Part shown: one piece after another, positions 1 through 9,257 of the stretch | Layout: each line of letters begins with the position of its first letter | Position numbering within the stretch: position 1 is the stretch's first letter | From: an uncultured Acidobacteriota bacterium | GTDB lineage: Bacteria > Acidobacteriota > Vicinamibacteria > Vicinamibacterales > SCN-69-37 | NCBI GenBank assembly: GCA_963793255.1 | Contig: CAWBZK010000003.1 | Coordinates: 214,878 to 278,877 of the forward strand | Direction: 5' to 3' | DNA: 64,000 nt | Notes under the pieces: model-generated | The model's input: the letters and a program-made list of their open reading frames with translations, nothing else | Told to the model about the DNA's origin: nothing | The model's database searches: none | Made by a program: the position numbers and the translations under genes

Positions 1-410
1 ACGAGCGCCGTCAGCGGCACCACACGAAGCTTCAACTCCTGTCGAATCTCGAAGCCGCTGTCGTCGACCACGTCCAAATACACCGTGGGAACGGTGCGCT
101 TGTAGAAGCCCACGCCGGCTCCGAATTCAATGTGGCGGCCGAGTGCGACGTTCCACTCGCCGAAGATCTGGCCGGTCTTGAAGTCGCTGATGCGGAAGGC
201 CAACGCGTCCGTTACCGACGGATCGCCCGGCATCGGTTCGCCAAAGTAGTTTCGAACGAGGATGTCGCCAGTGGCGCGGCTGTCGAGCCCGCGGGGAAAC
301 ACACCGCCGGCGCCGATTTGCACCGAGTGAACCGTTTGTGCCGATGCCGCGGTCGAGACAAGGACGAAAGCGAGGGCGGGAAACAGCAGGCGGACAGGTA
401 TGCGCACCAT
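1..410 (-). CDS. secreted beta-barrel-like outer membrane protein, N-terminal part (gene runs off the window start)
   Basis: Own translation of the minus strand from ATG at 410: MVRIPVRLLFPALAFVLVSTAASAQTVHSVQIGAGGVFPRGLDSRATGD..., a signal peptide followed by a strand-like alternating pattern. Absent from the ORF track because it is open at the window edge. Confidence 0.5.
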   Translation of the reverse strand, partial: MVRIPVRLLFPALAFVLVSTAASAQTVHSVQIGAGGVFPRGLDSRATGDILVRNYFGEPMPGDPSVTDALAFRISDFKTGQIFGEWNVALGRHIEFGAGVGFYKRTVPTVYLDVVDDSGFEIRQELKLRVVPLTAL

Positions 411-579
411 GATCAGCTCCATACGGCGGCCGGCGTGCGGGCTGCCTGTGTCGTCGTGGATAGCAGGAACGGTGCCAAGCAGTGTCGTAGTGCTTGGGCC
501 GCATGTCTGGCTCGCAGATCCTGTGTTGTCGCCGCAAGGGGGCGATCGCCAAAGCACCCGGTGGCCAGTGCGAAGTCGC

Positions 580-2689
580 TCAGCGGGCGCAACGGAAACC
601 GACGTACAAGTTGTGGCGGCCGTGTCTTGAAAGTGCCGCGCGGCGTGGAAAGCTCCGCGCGGGCGTATCCCACGAACCGCCGGCCACCACGCGGAGCTCG
701 TACGTGGCGGTCGATCGGTTGTGCGTCGACGACGTCCACTCCCAGACGTTGCCAACCATGTCGTACAGGCCGTACCGATTGCGGCCGAACGATCCGACCG
801 GAGCCGAGTGTTCGAATCGGTCCGATCCGCGCACGCCGAGCAGATTGGCTTCGCGCGTCTGCTGGTCGCCCCAGACCGGCGGTTGGTCGCCGGTCGGTTC
901 CAGCGCTGATGCATGATCGAACTCTTCTTCCGTCGGCAGCCGCGCGCCCGCAGCCGCGCAGAACGCCTGCGCCTCGTCCCATGTGACGTTGACGACCGGA
1001 TGATCGGGCGCGGAGTACCACGACGGCTGCGTTGGCATTCGTTGGTCATGTGCCGCCGCGAACGCGCTGAAGGCCGCGACCGTGACTTCGTGCGTGAGCA
1101 TCTGAAAGGTCGTCCCGCCGGCCGGCGCGGTGACGGGAACCCATGAAAGCCGATCGGCCGGCTCGGCTGGCGCGGCCGTATCCGCCGGACTCGACGGCCG
1201 GCGCGTCTTCGCGCGCGGCTTCCCGCGATAGACCGCTTCCACGAACCTGGGACGCTCGACTCGGAGGCGAAGTGTTCGGTCCGTCCCTTTCGACTCGCCG
1301 TCCACTTCCCAGTGTTCGAAATTCTCGCCGTTGGCCTGAAGCGCGATCTCGAGGTCTGGAAAGTACAATCCCTCGAATCCATCCCGTGCCGCTTCCCCGT
1401 CGATGGTGATTGACTCGCCGGCCGGCAGGCCGAGCGCCAGTGGTTGGCTTGGGCCCGTGTTCAGCCAGCTCTCGGTCAACTTCCTGAAGAACAGCTGGCC
1501 TCCGTTCGATGAACGTCGCGTATTCGCGGAGGTATTTCGTTTCGGTCACCCCGAGTTGTTGGCCGGCGCGGCGGTAATAGTCCAGCCGTCGGTCGAGAAA
1601 TTCCGGCGTGAGGTGATGATTCATCGCGGCGACGAAGAGCCGCTTGTAGAACGTGCGGAACGCATCATCCTCGGCGAACAGCGTGGTCAGAAGATTGGAG
1701 CGCGGTTCCGTGTGGCTTCGGCCCCGTTGCAGCTCGTCCACCCGGTTCAGTAGATCGGCGTAGCTGTCGAGATCGAACGACCGGAAGCTGCCGTCCATGT
1801 CCCAGTTGACCCAGAACCAGCGCGGCGGGGTCCGGGACGAATCGAGGTACTGACCCGGGCCTTGATACGCGTCACGCGTGGCCATGAACGCCGTCGCCAG
1901 AAACCATCGCGCCAGGCCTTCGACATCCGCCTTCGTCGCGACGTCAGCCATCGTCATCGGCCGGTGTTGCACCGACCACTCCCAGAAGGACTGCATCTCC
2001 TCGTCGGTCCAGTCGATGCGGTCGTGTCCCCAGTGCGCCCGGAAATACTGCTCGTCGAAGCGCTCGGTCAGGACGAACACGCCGTAGAACTCGCCGTTCA
2101 GAAAAAAGCGTACCGGCGATGTTTCGGCCGTGATGGCACCGACTTCACGCGCGATGTCATAGGCCAGCGGGTTGGCGAAATGCCGCCCGTCCCGCACATC
2201 GTTGTGGATGACGAGGTGGCGAACCGGCTGCGCATCCGTGCTGAATAGCACGTCGGGCGGGAGTTGCCGCGCGCCGTACTCGCGGCGGAAGTACAACCGA
2301 AACCCTTGTCGAGGCGACGACTTCCGACTGCCACCGCCGTGGATGCGCACGCCGACGCCGGTTGCGAACCGCAGTTGACCGTCGTCGAAATACGCGACCG
2401 TGCCTGGGCGCTCCCAGTCCCGACCGTGCTCGAGGACATTCGCCAGGATGCCCCGCTCAGGGTCATGAAGGTCCGCGGCGTCCATGACGAGCGACAGGAC
2501 GGGATGCCTGGAGGCAATCTCGCCCGGAGGCAGCGCGGACACGGCGGCAGAAATCCGGGGCACCGTATCGGATGGCCACGAGGCCGATGGAAGGCCGGCC
2601 AGACGCTCGACCACGGCCAGGCCGCCAGCGAGGCCAGCGACCAGTGCCAGCAGCCGCCAGGAACGCAACGGCTGTGGCCGGGACGTCAC
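580..2689 (-). CDS. CotH kinase-family protein with C-terminal FGE/SUMF1 (formylglycine-generating-enzyme-like) domain; frame broken once near 1495-1505
   Basis: ORF 1046..2689 has CotH-like blocks (GVRIHGGGSR, FRLYFRREYG, NPLAYDI, FYGVFVLTERFDEQYF). ORF 580..1479 has FGE-sulfatase blocks (VNVTWDEAQAFC, RLPTEEEFD, GLYDMVGNVWEWT, VVAGGSW). The CotH frame degrades into an Arg/Gly-rich readthrough after ...YATFIERR, while the other frame continues ...QLFFRKLTESWLNTGP. The GTG start overlaps the DUF4956 stop (GTGA). Confidence 0.7.
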
Positions 2690-3393
2690 AGCGGTCCGGG
2701 CCGGTTGAAGAAGACGTTGAACGTCGCGTCGCGCACGGCTTCTCGGATCTCGCCGGGAAGCGCCAGGAGCCCGCTGTCGCTGACGCCACGGAAGCTGAAG
2801 GACACCACGGTTTCGCCGCCCGACTGCGACACGCTCTCGAGTCGTGGCCGCGCCACGTGCTTCTTCAGCACCGCCGTCACGGCCGCGGCGTCAACCGGTC
2901 CGTGCGTGGAAGGCGCCGCGATGACGATCACGCCGTCACCGGCGCCGCCGCTGAGGACGCGAACCGACGCCTGGACGATCAGCGCCACGAACGCAACCAC
3001 GAAGATCAGTCCGGCGAACGTGAGCTTGAAGGTCGCGATGGCGATCGACAGCGCGATGACGAGCATGATGAACCCGATCTCTTCCGGTTCCTTGATGGGC
3101 GTGCGGAACCGGACGATCGACAGCGCGCCGAGCAAGCCAAGCGAGAGCGGGAGCGAGAACTGGATGCAGACGAAGATCGCGGTAATGGAAATCCCGAGCA
3201 GCGGAAATGCGCGGTGGATCTGGCTGCCGGTCGCGCGGTTCGTGAAGAAGTAGAGGTAGAGGTACGAGATCACGAACGACGACGCCAGCGACGCCGCCAT
3301 CAGCACGACGAAGGCGGCCGGACCGATCTGTTGCGCGCCGGTGGCCCCTGCTCCGCCAAGCGCAGCCATGAGCTCATTCAACTGTTGCGGCAT
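2686..3393 (-). CDS. DUF4956 domain membrane protein
   Basis: 235 aa with 4 TM-like segments, then RFRTPIKEPEEIGF and a soluble C-terminal part. This protein type usually sits between VTC and CotH genes. Confidence 0.75.
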   Translation of the reverse strand: MPQQLNELMAALGGAGATGAQQIGPAAFVVLMAASLASSFVISYLYLYFFTNRATGSQIHRAFPLLGISITAIFVCIQFSLPLSLGLLGALSIVRFRTPIKEPEEIGFIMLVIALSIAIATFKLTFAGLIFVVAFVALIVQASVRVLSGGAGDGVIVIAAPSTHGPVDAAAVTAVLKKHVARPRLESVSQSGGETVVSFSFRGVSDSGLLALPGEIREAVRDATFNVFFNRPGPL

Positions 3394-3408
3394 GACGTCG
3401 CCAGGCTC

Positions 3409-4143
3409 CTAGTGAAGCGCGCGGCTGAGTTGCAGAAGCAGCGCCGCGTACTTTGACATCGACTGTTTGCGAAGGCCGAGCGTGATGAGCGGCCGAAGGT
3501 GGCCCGGCAGCACGTCAGCCAGTCCCTTGGTTTCGACGACGGCGACGGGAAGCGGGCCGACGTTTCTCGCGAAGAGATACCGGTGATTCACCGAGACGGC
3601 CGTGATCTCGCTGTCGAGGCTCACGCGCGACCCGGTGGACACGTCCACGAAGCGGCGCCGGCGATACCGCAGCGCAAGCATCGGATGCCAGTCCGGCCCG
3701 AGCAGGAAGCCCTTCGCCGCGAGCCGCTCGGGCAACGCGGCCAACACCGGATCGCTCAGCCGGCGCGGGACGAGCGTGTCGGCCGCCATCGGCAGAAGCA
3801 CGCGCACTTTGTCGCGTCGATTGCCGACGCGCTGCTTCGCTTCGAGAAATACGGGGCCTTGACCGCTGCCGCCCGGCGGCGAGTACCACCGCACGCGAAT
3901 CTTCGTCTTCAGATAGTCGCTGTTCAGTTTTTCGTCGAGCGAGTCGAAACCCTGCGAGTCGTAGTAGATCGTCCAGACGTCAGCGTCCGGGTACTGTGAA
4001 TCCGGCTTGCACAACATGTTGAGGAGACGCGCCGCGATATCCACGCGCGTGGCCGGAAGCACGAATTTCAGTTCACGTTCAAGATCGTCGACGAGCGGTG
4101 ATGCGGGAGGCGCCGGTCGGTCGATAGTGGCAGCCGTGGCCAT
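3409..4143 (-). CDS. VTC domain (polyphosphate-polymerase/CYTH-like) protein
   Basis: 244 aa with ERELKFVLP near the N-terminus, KIRVRWY, LEAKQR, RRRFVD and VVETKG, the alternating-strand pattern typical of VTC/CYTH tunnel domains. Confidence 0.75.
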   Translation of the reverse strand: MATAATIDRPAPPASPLVDDLERELKFVLPATRVDIAARLLNMLCKPDSQYPDADVWTIYYDSQGFDSLDEKLNSDYLKTKIRVRWYSPPGGSGQGPVFLEAKQRVGNRRDKVRVLLPMAADTLVPRRLSDPVLAALPERLAAKGFLLGPDWHPMLALRYRRRRFVDVSTGSRVSLDSEITAVSVNHRYLFARNVGPLPVAVVETKGLADVLPGHLRPLITLGLRKQSMSKYAALLLQLSRALH

Positions 4144-4212
4144 TCGTTCGAGCGGCGATTGTATACCAGCGAAGCGCCTCAGGCCTGCAGCGGACCTGTC
4201 CGCCGAAGCGCC

Positions 4213-5013
4213 CTAGGCGCGAAGGCGGAACGGACGAATCACCGACAGCATTGGATCGTGCAGCGGACCGTTCGTCGCGACGACGTGTCCGGCGAACAGA
4301 TCGAGTGGTCCGCCGTCCATGTCCGTGACCTTCCCGCCGGCTTCCTCGACGAGCAGCACGCCGGCCGCCATGTCCCATGGATGGAGCCGTTCCTCCCAGA
4401 AGCCGTCGAGGCGGCCCGCGGCCACGTAGGCGAGATCGAGGGCCGCCGATCCCAGCCGGCGAACCGCGCGCGCTTCGTCGAGAAACGCGGCGAACACATC
4501 CACCTGGCGACGGCGTTCTTCGCGCACCGTGTACGGAAAACCCGTGCACAACACTCCGTCCACCAGCTCCGACGCCCGGGTGACGCGGAGGGGCTGGCCG
4601 TTGAGGCGGGCGCCGAAACCGCGCTCGGCGGTGAAGAGCTCCTCGCCAATGGGATCGTAGACGACACCGACCTGGATGACGCCGTCGATGCGGAGCGCGA
4701 TCGAGACGGAGAAGAGCGCCAGGCCGTGCGCGAAGTTCGTGGTACCGTCGACCGGGTCGATGATCCACTGCACCGGACGATCGCGAAGCGCAGGCGCCGG
4801 AGCCGCTTCTTCACCGATCACCGCGTGTGTCGGAAAGCGCTGGGCAATGAGCGCGCGGAACGCCTCTTCAGCGGCGAGATCGGCCGCGGTGACGAGATCG
4901 ATGCGACCCTTCTTGTGGACCTCGAGGCCGCGACGGAAGTACTGCCGGTGAATGCGTCCGCATGCCAGCGCGCCTTCGACGGCCGTGGCCAGGTAGAGGG
5001 GGTCGAGATCCAA
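4213..5013 (-). CDS. suhB: inositol monophosphatase family protein
   Basis: Motifs LVTAADLAAEE, WIIDPVDGTTNF and WDMAAG; 266 aa. Confidence 0.85.
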   Translation of the reverse strand: MDLDPLYLATAVEGALACGRIHRQYFRRGLEVHKKGRIDLVTAADLAAEEAFRALIAQRFPTHAVIGEEAAPAPALRDRPVQWIIDPVDGTTNFAHGLALFSVSIALRIDGVIQVGVVYDPIGEELFTAERGFGARLNGQPLRVTRASELVDGVLCTGFPYTVREERRRQVDVFAAFLDEARAVRRLGSAALDLAYVAAGRLDGFWEERLHPWDMAAGVLLVEEAGGKVTDMDGGPLDLFAGHVVATNGPLHDPMLSVIRPFRLRA

Positions 5014-5448
5014 TCAGGCCAGCTTCTTGCTCATCCGCACGTCCATTCCCCCCTCCGGCCGGCGGGTGATGGACACGTCGTCCATGAAGTTGCGCATGAA
5101 GAAAATGCCGCGGCCACTGGACTTCAGCATGTTCTCGGGATCGAGCGGGTTGGCGATGTCCGCCGGGTCGAATCCCTCGCCCTCGTCGAGGACGCGGACG
5201 ACGAATTCCTCAGGACGCGCGCGCGGCCGCAGAATGAACTCCACGACGACGTGCTTGGCGCGGTCCTCGCGGTTGCCGTGCTTGATGGCATTGATGACCG
5301 ATTCGCGGACGGCCACGCTTACCCAATGCGTCAGATCCTCGTCGAGGCCGGCAATCGACGAGAGTCGATCGCTGAGCACCTGGACCAGGTCGAGCAACTC
5401 AAACGAACTGGGCAGCTCGAGGCGGACCAGATGGTCGTCAGTCAGCAT
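5014..5448 (-). CDS. anti-sigma regulatory factor, RsbW/SpoIIAB-like Ser kinase (HATPase_c_2)
   Basis: 144 aa with N-box ESVINAIKHGN, LDEGEGFD and GRGIFFMRNFMD. Confidence 0.7.
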   Translation of the reverse strand: MLTDDHLVRLELPSSFELLDLVQVLSDRLSSIAGLDEDLTHWVSVAVRESVINAIKHGNREDRAKHVVVEFILRPRARPEEFVVRVLDEGEGFDPADIANPLDPENMLKSSGRGIFFMRNFMDDVSITRRPEGGMDVRMSKKLA

Positions 5449-5518
5449 GACCGCGGAGTAAGTAACATATTAAGCTGATCGGGTTCAAGGACGGCTCTCC
5501 GTCCGACCCGTCGAAGTC

Positions 5519-6860
5519 GTGACCAGCACCGTGACACAACACCGTCTCGATCTCAAACCTGTGCGCGCCGTCCGTGGCCTGGTGCCCGTCCCCGGCGACA
5601 AGTCTATTTCTCATCGCTACGTGATGCTCGGATCGATCGCGCAGGGGGTGACCTCGGTCACACATCTGTCGCCGGGCGCCGACGTCGCCGCCACCGTCGC
5701 CTGCATGCGCGCGCTTGGCGTCCGCATCGACGAGACCGGGCCGGGCGCTTTGACCATCCACGGACGCGGACGCGGGGGGCTCCGGGCCTCCCCCACGCCC
5801 ATCGATGCGGCGAATTCCGGCACGACGATGCGTCTGCTGGCCGGCATCCTGGCGGCCTGTCCGTTCTCGACGACGATGATCGGCGATGCATCCCTGTCGA
5901 AGCGGCCGATGCGCCGGATCATCGAACCGCTGAGCGTGATGGGCGGTTCGATCGAGGCGACCGACGGACACGCGCCGCTCATCATCCGCGGCGGGCGGCT
6001 TCGGCCCATCACGTGGGAGAGCAAGGTCGCCAGCGCGCAGGTGAAGAGCGCCATCATGCTGGCGGGCCTCGTGCCGCCGGGCGTCACGACCATCGTCGAA
6101 CCGCTCGCGACACGTGACCATAGCGAGCGCGCGTTCCCGGCGTTCGGCCTGAGCGTGCGGACATCCGCGCCGCCTGACGGCTCGCTCTCACCGCCGTCCG
6201 GTCCGGTGACCGTGTCGGTCGAGGGCGGACAGGAGGCACAGGCACCCGGACGAACGCTCGATGTGCCGGGTGACCCGTCGTCGGCGGCCGTCTGGGCGGC
6301 AGCCGCGGCCGGGTTGCCGGGTTCGTCGGTGGAGTTGACCGGCGTGTGTCTCAACCCTCACCGTCTCGGTTTCATTCGCGCATTGGAGCGGATGGGCGCC
6401 GCGGTGACCATCACGGTGGACGACGAGGTCGCCGGCGAAAAGGTCGGCAGGATCCGCGTTGGCCATGGGCAGCACCTGGACGCGACGATATTGCCCGACG
6501 AGGTCCCGAGCCTCATCGACGAACTGCCCGTGCTGGCCGCGCGCGCGGCCCTTGGGGGCCGGCTCGAGGTGTCAGGCGCGTCCGAGCTGCGGGTCAAGGA
6601 GAGCGACCGCATCACGGCGCTCGTGACCGGATTTCGCGCCATGGGCGTGACGGCCGACGAACGGCCGGACGGCTTCGTCATCGACGGATTCGAAACGGCC
6701 GACCGGCGGCACGGCCGACGCGGCGAGCGATCATCGGCTTGTGATGGCGTTCACGCTCGTCGCGCTCGGATCGACCGGCCCGTCGACGGTCACCGACGCC
6801 GGCGCCGTCGCGGTGTCGTACCCCGCGTTCGCCGAAGATCTGCGAAGGCTGACTGAGTGA
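5519..6860 (+). CDS. aroA: 3-phosphoshikimate 1-carboxyvinyltransferase (EPSP synthase); one frame break near 6688-6692
   Basis: PGDKSISHR, NSGTTMRLL, LRVKESDRI. After ...DGFVIDG the ORF-track frame turns into an Arg-rich tail. The next frame reads KRPTGGTADAASDHRLVMAFTLVALGSTGPSTVTDAGAVAVSYPAFAEDLRRLTE and stops at 6858-6860. Confidence 0.85.
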
Positions 6861-7395
6861 AGACCGACAAGATCTACCTCGTCGGCTTCATGGCGAGCGG
6901 CAAGACGACGATCGCGCGCGCGCTCGCGGCGCGGCTGCGGTTGGCGATCGGAGGACGTCGACGACCTGATCGAGAAGCGCGAGCGGCTCAGCGTGGCCGA
7001 GATCTTCGCACGGCACGGCGAGCCGCACTTCCGCGCGGCGGAGCGTGACATCCTCAAGCTCGTGCAGCCGATGCGCAACCTGGTCGTGGCGACTGGCGGC
7101 GGTACGTTCGCCGATCCAGACAACCGCACCGCGATTAATCTTGATGGCGTGTCGGTCTGGATCGACCTGCCGCTTGCCGATTTGATCCCGCGGATTCCGA
7201 TGGACGGACGCCGGCCGCTCGCGTCGGACCGCGCGCAGCTCGAACGTCTGTACGCGCTGCGCGTCGAAGCGTACCGGGCCGCCGTCGCTTCGCGTGGGCG
7301 CGTCTCACATGTCCACGTCCAAGATCGTGGACCACATCCTCGAGGCCATTCACCACCTGCCCTCGGTCGTTCACCAGCCGACGCCCCGCGTGTGA
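6857..7395 (+). CDS. aroK: shikimate kinase; two frame breaks (about 6940 and 7280)
   Basis: The GTG at 6857 overlaps the aroA stop. P-loop MKTDKIYLVGFMASGKTT. It continues in another frame as EDVDDLIEKRERLSVAEIFARHGEPHFRAAERDIL...VVATGGG, and in a third frame ends ...LRVGASHMSTSKIVDHILEAIHHLPS...PRV, stop 7393-7395. Confidence 0.8.
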
Positions 7396-7399
7396 GTCC

Positions 7400-8139
7400 G
7401 TGCGCTACCTGATCATCAGCGACATCCACGGCAATCTCCACGCGCTCGAGTCCGTTCTGCGCGACGCGGCCGCCATCGGGTACGACGCCGTCGTGTGCCT
7501 CGGGGACCTCGTCGGCTACGGCGCGGACCCGAGCGCCGTGATCCAGCGCGTCCGCGAGCTCGAGCCGGTCAAGATCGTGCGCGGCAACCACGACAAGGTC
7601 GCCGCCGGGCTCGAACCGGCCGTGCTCTTCAACGAAGTGGCCCGCCGTTCGATCGAGTGGACCCGGCAAACGGTGAGCGAGGACGAGCTGGCGTATCTGG
7701 CGGCCATGCCCGAAGGGCCCGGCCGTCGTCAACGAAACGTTCGAGATCTGCCACGGGTCCCCGTTCGACGAAGATCACTACGTCTTCGATCAGGACGACG
7801 CCGCACGATCCATCGAGGCATCGACGTCGCGCGTGTGCCTGTTCGGCCACACCCATTTGCCCGCGGTGTTCACCGCCGCCGACGATCCAGCGACGACCGG
7901 CAACGGACTCGCCGAGGACGAAATGCGGCTGCCGGTGAGCGGCCCGGCACTGATCAACGTCGGCTCCGTCGGCCAGCCGCGCGACGGCGACCCACGCGCC
8001 GCGTACGGCGTGCATGGATCTGGACAAGGGCACCATCCGACTTCGACGCGCGGTCTATGACGTGCAGGGAGCGCAGAGGAAGATCATGAAGGCGGGGTTG
8101 CCGCAATGGCTGGCCCTGCGCCTCGAAAAAGGCCAGTAG
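7400..8139 (+). CDS. metallophosphoesterase (YfcE/MJ0936-like); two frame breaks (about 7720 and 8012)
   Basis: MRYLIISDIHGN, LGDLVGYG, RGNHD; then in shifted frames VVNETFEICHGSPFDEDHY...CLFGHTHLP...INVGSVGQPRDGDPRAAYGV and MDLDKGTIRLRRAVYDVQGAQRKIMKAGLPQWLALRLEKGQ, stop 8137-8139. Confidence 0.75.
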
Positions 8140-8160
8140 CGCAGGACGCTGGCATTGACG

Positions 8161-8226
8161 GATTTGCGATCGGAGATTGATGGATTGCATTGAACAATTT
8201 GCGATTGCGGATTGCGGATTGAGAAC
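8161..8226. repeat. left arm of GATTGNG-heptamer inverted repeat flanking the four-helix-bundle gene
   Basis: gatttgcgatcggagattgatggattgcattgaacaatttgcgattgcggattgcggattgag. Its reverse complement resembles 8668-8750 (gatctgcgatcg...gattg...tgcattga...gattg). Confidence 0.65.
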
Positions 8227-8283
8227 TTCGGCAAGCCCGTGGAACCCGGACTCGTGGCACGAAGCCTGCTCCGTGGACGTCTC

Positions 8284-8643
8284 ATGACACCGCAGGAACT
8301 TCGAGACAGGACCATGGCGTTTCGGTGCGGAGGCCGTAAGGTTCTGTCGCGAGCTGCGGCAGAACCCGAACGCACGCGACCTCGCCAATCAGCTGAGTGC
8401 GTCGGCGACTTCCGTGACGGCGAACTACCGGGCTGCGTGCCCGCGCACGTTCGAAGCGCGAGTTCGTGTCAAAGCTCAGCATCGCGCTCGAAGAGGCCGA
8501 CGAGACAGTCGGATGGCTGGAGCTTCTCGTGCGGTCAGAGACGGCTACAGGGCGAAGCCGTTGATGGTTTGCTGAAAGAGGCGAAAGAACTCTGTCCTGA
8601 TTCTCGCCGCCTCGCGCCGGACGGCTGAACGCGAGCCTGAAGT
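8284..8643 (+). pseudogene. four-helix-bundle protein (23S rRNA intervening-sequence protein / Avd-like family), at least 4 frame breaks
   Basis: Stitching three frames gives MTPQELRDRTMAF..FCRELRQNPNARDLANQLSASATSVTANYRAAC / RARSKREFVSKLSIALEEADETVGWLELLVRSETATG / EAVDGLLKEAKELC / LILAASRRTAER. This is the characteristic pattern of the family: Q-L-x-R-A/S-xxS-V-xxN-xxE..., KEF and E-E-xxE-T-xxWL. Confidence 0.65.
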
Positions 8644-8667
8644 GAGGTCGCGGGCTAGGGGGCGTCT

Positions 8668-8750
8668 CTACAATCGCCGATTGGTCAATCGACTCAATGC
8701 ACCCAATCGTCAATCTCAAATCTCAAATCATCGATCGCAGATCCTCTCTA
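8668..8750. repeat. right arm of GATTGNG-heptamer inverted repeat flanking the four-helix-bundle gene
   Basis: ctacaatcgccgattggtcaatcgactcaatgcacccaatcgtcaatctcaaatctcaaatcatcgatcgcagatcc (CNCAATC words, the complement of GATTGNG). Confidence 0.65.
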
Positions 8751-8904
8751 ATGAGTACCGCGCGCTTGCCTCTCGTTTCTTCAGTTCAGCGGCGTACGCA
8801 TCCTTCGCCGCTCGCGACCCCAGAATCCAGCCGATGACGACGCCGATCATGAGCACTGCCGGAATGAACAGGAAGTGGCTCGACGGCATCTCGGCGAAGT
8901 TCAT
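8728..8904 (-). CDS. small single-TM protein at the distal end of the ccm operon
   Basis: MNFAEMPSSHFLFIPAVLMIGVVIGWILGSRAAKDAYAAELKKRE... Its ATG overlaps the CcmD-like stop (ATGA), and its last codons lie inside the repeat arm. Confidence 0.4.
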   Translation of the reverse strand: MNFAEMPSSHFLFIPAVLMIGVVIGWILGSRAAKDAYAAELKKREASARYSLERICDR

Positions 8905-9257
8905 GGGCGCCTCGCCGAGAGTTTCGCGGACACATCCTTCAGCTCGCGCTCGACGTTCGTGATCCGCCGCCAGAGCACGAAGACATACCCCACGAGCGCG
9001 AGCCACACGACGGAGTAGGCGACGAACACGAGCGGCGCGGCCGGAAGCTGTTCCTGCTCGAGTTCGCCGGGTCTGACGGGAACGAAACCGTCCTGAGCCA
9101 CCGGCGGCAGAGGCGCCTGCGTGATCGGCGGCTCGGACGCCGGAGCTGCCGGCGGCTGTGCGCCCTGCGCCGCTGGGGCGGCGTCCGCCACGAAGAGCGC
9201 AGACACGACCAGTGCGGCAAGCACCACGCGGCGCACGGTCCTAGTCATCAACAGCAA
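8901..9257 (-). CDS. ccmD: CcmD-family (alternative type) haem exporter subunit
   Basis: Signal/TM at the N-terminus, a Pro/Ala linker, then LVFVAYSVVWLALVGYVFVLWRR followed by a coiled tail. It lies directly downstream of ccmC. Confidence 0.55.
   Translation of the reverse strand: MLLMTRTVRRVVLAALVVSALFVADAAPAAQGAQPPAAPASEPPITQAPLPPVAQDGFVPVRPGELEQEQLPAAPLVFVAYSVVWLALVGYVFVLWRRITNVERELKDVSAKLSARRP

Noticed and set aside
132-986. Long ORFs antisense to or overlapping well-supported genes (for example 132..986+, 2264..3253+, 14101..15378+, 34660..35922-, 35901..37574-, 44420..45163-, 60444..61718-)
   Set aside because: Their translations are dominated by Arg/Gly/Pro/Ala with no recognisable motifs. 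That is the expected by-product of ~68 percent GC DNA lacking stop codons in off-frames. In each case the opposite or overlapping frame carries clear family motifs.
1480-1510. Programmed ribosomal frameshifting as the explanation for the frame breaks (CotH/FGE junction and others)
   Set aside because: There is no shared slippery heptamer or downstream pseudoknot pattern at the break sites. The breaks occur in unrelated genes, including ones never known to use recoding.
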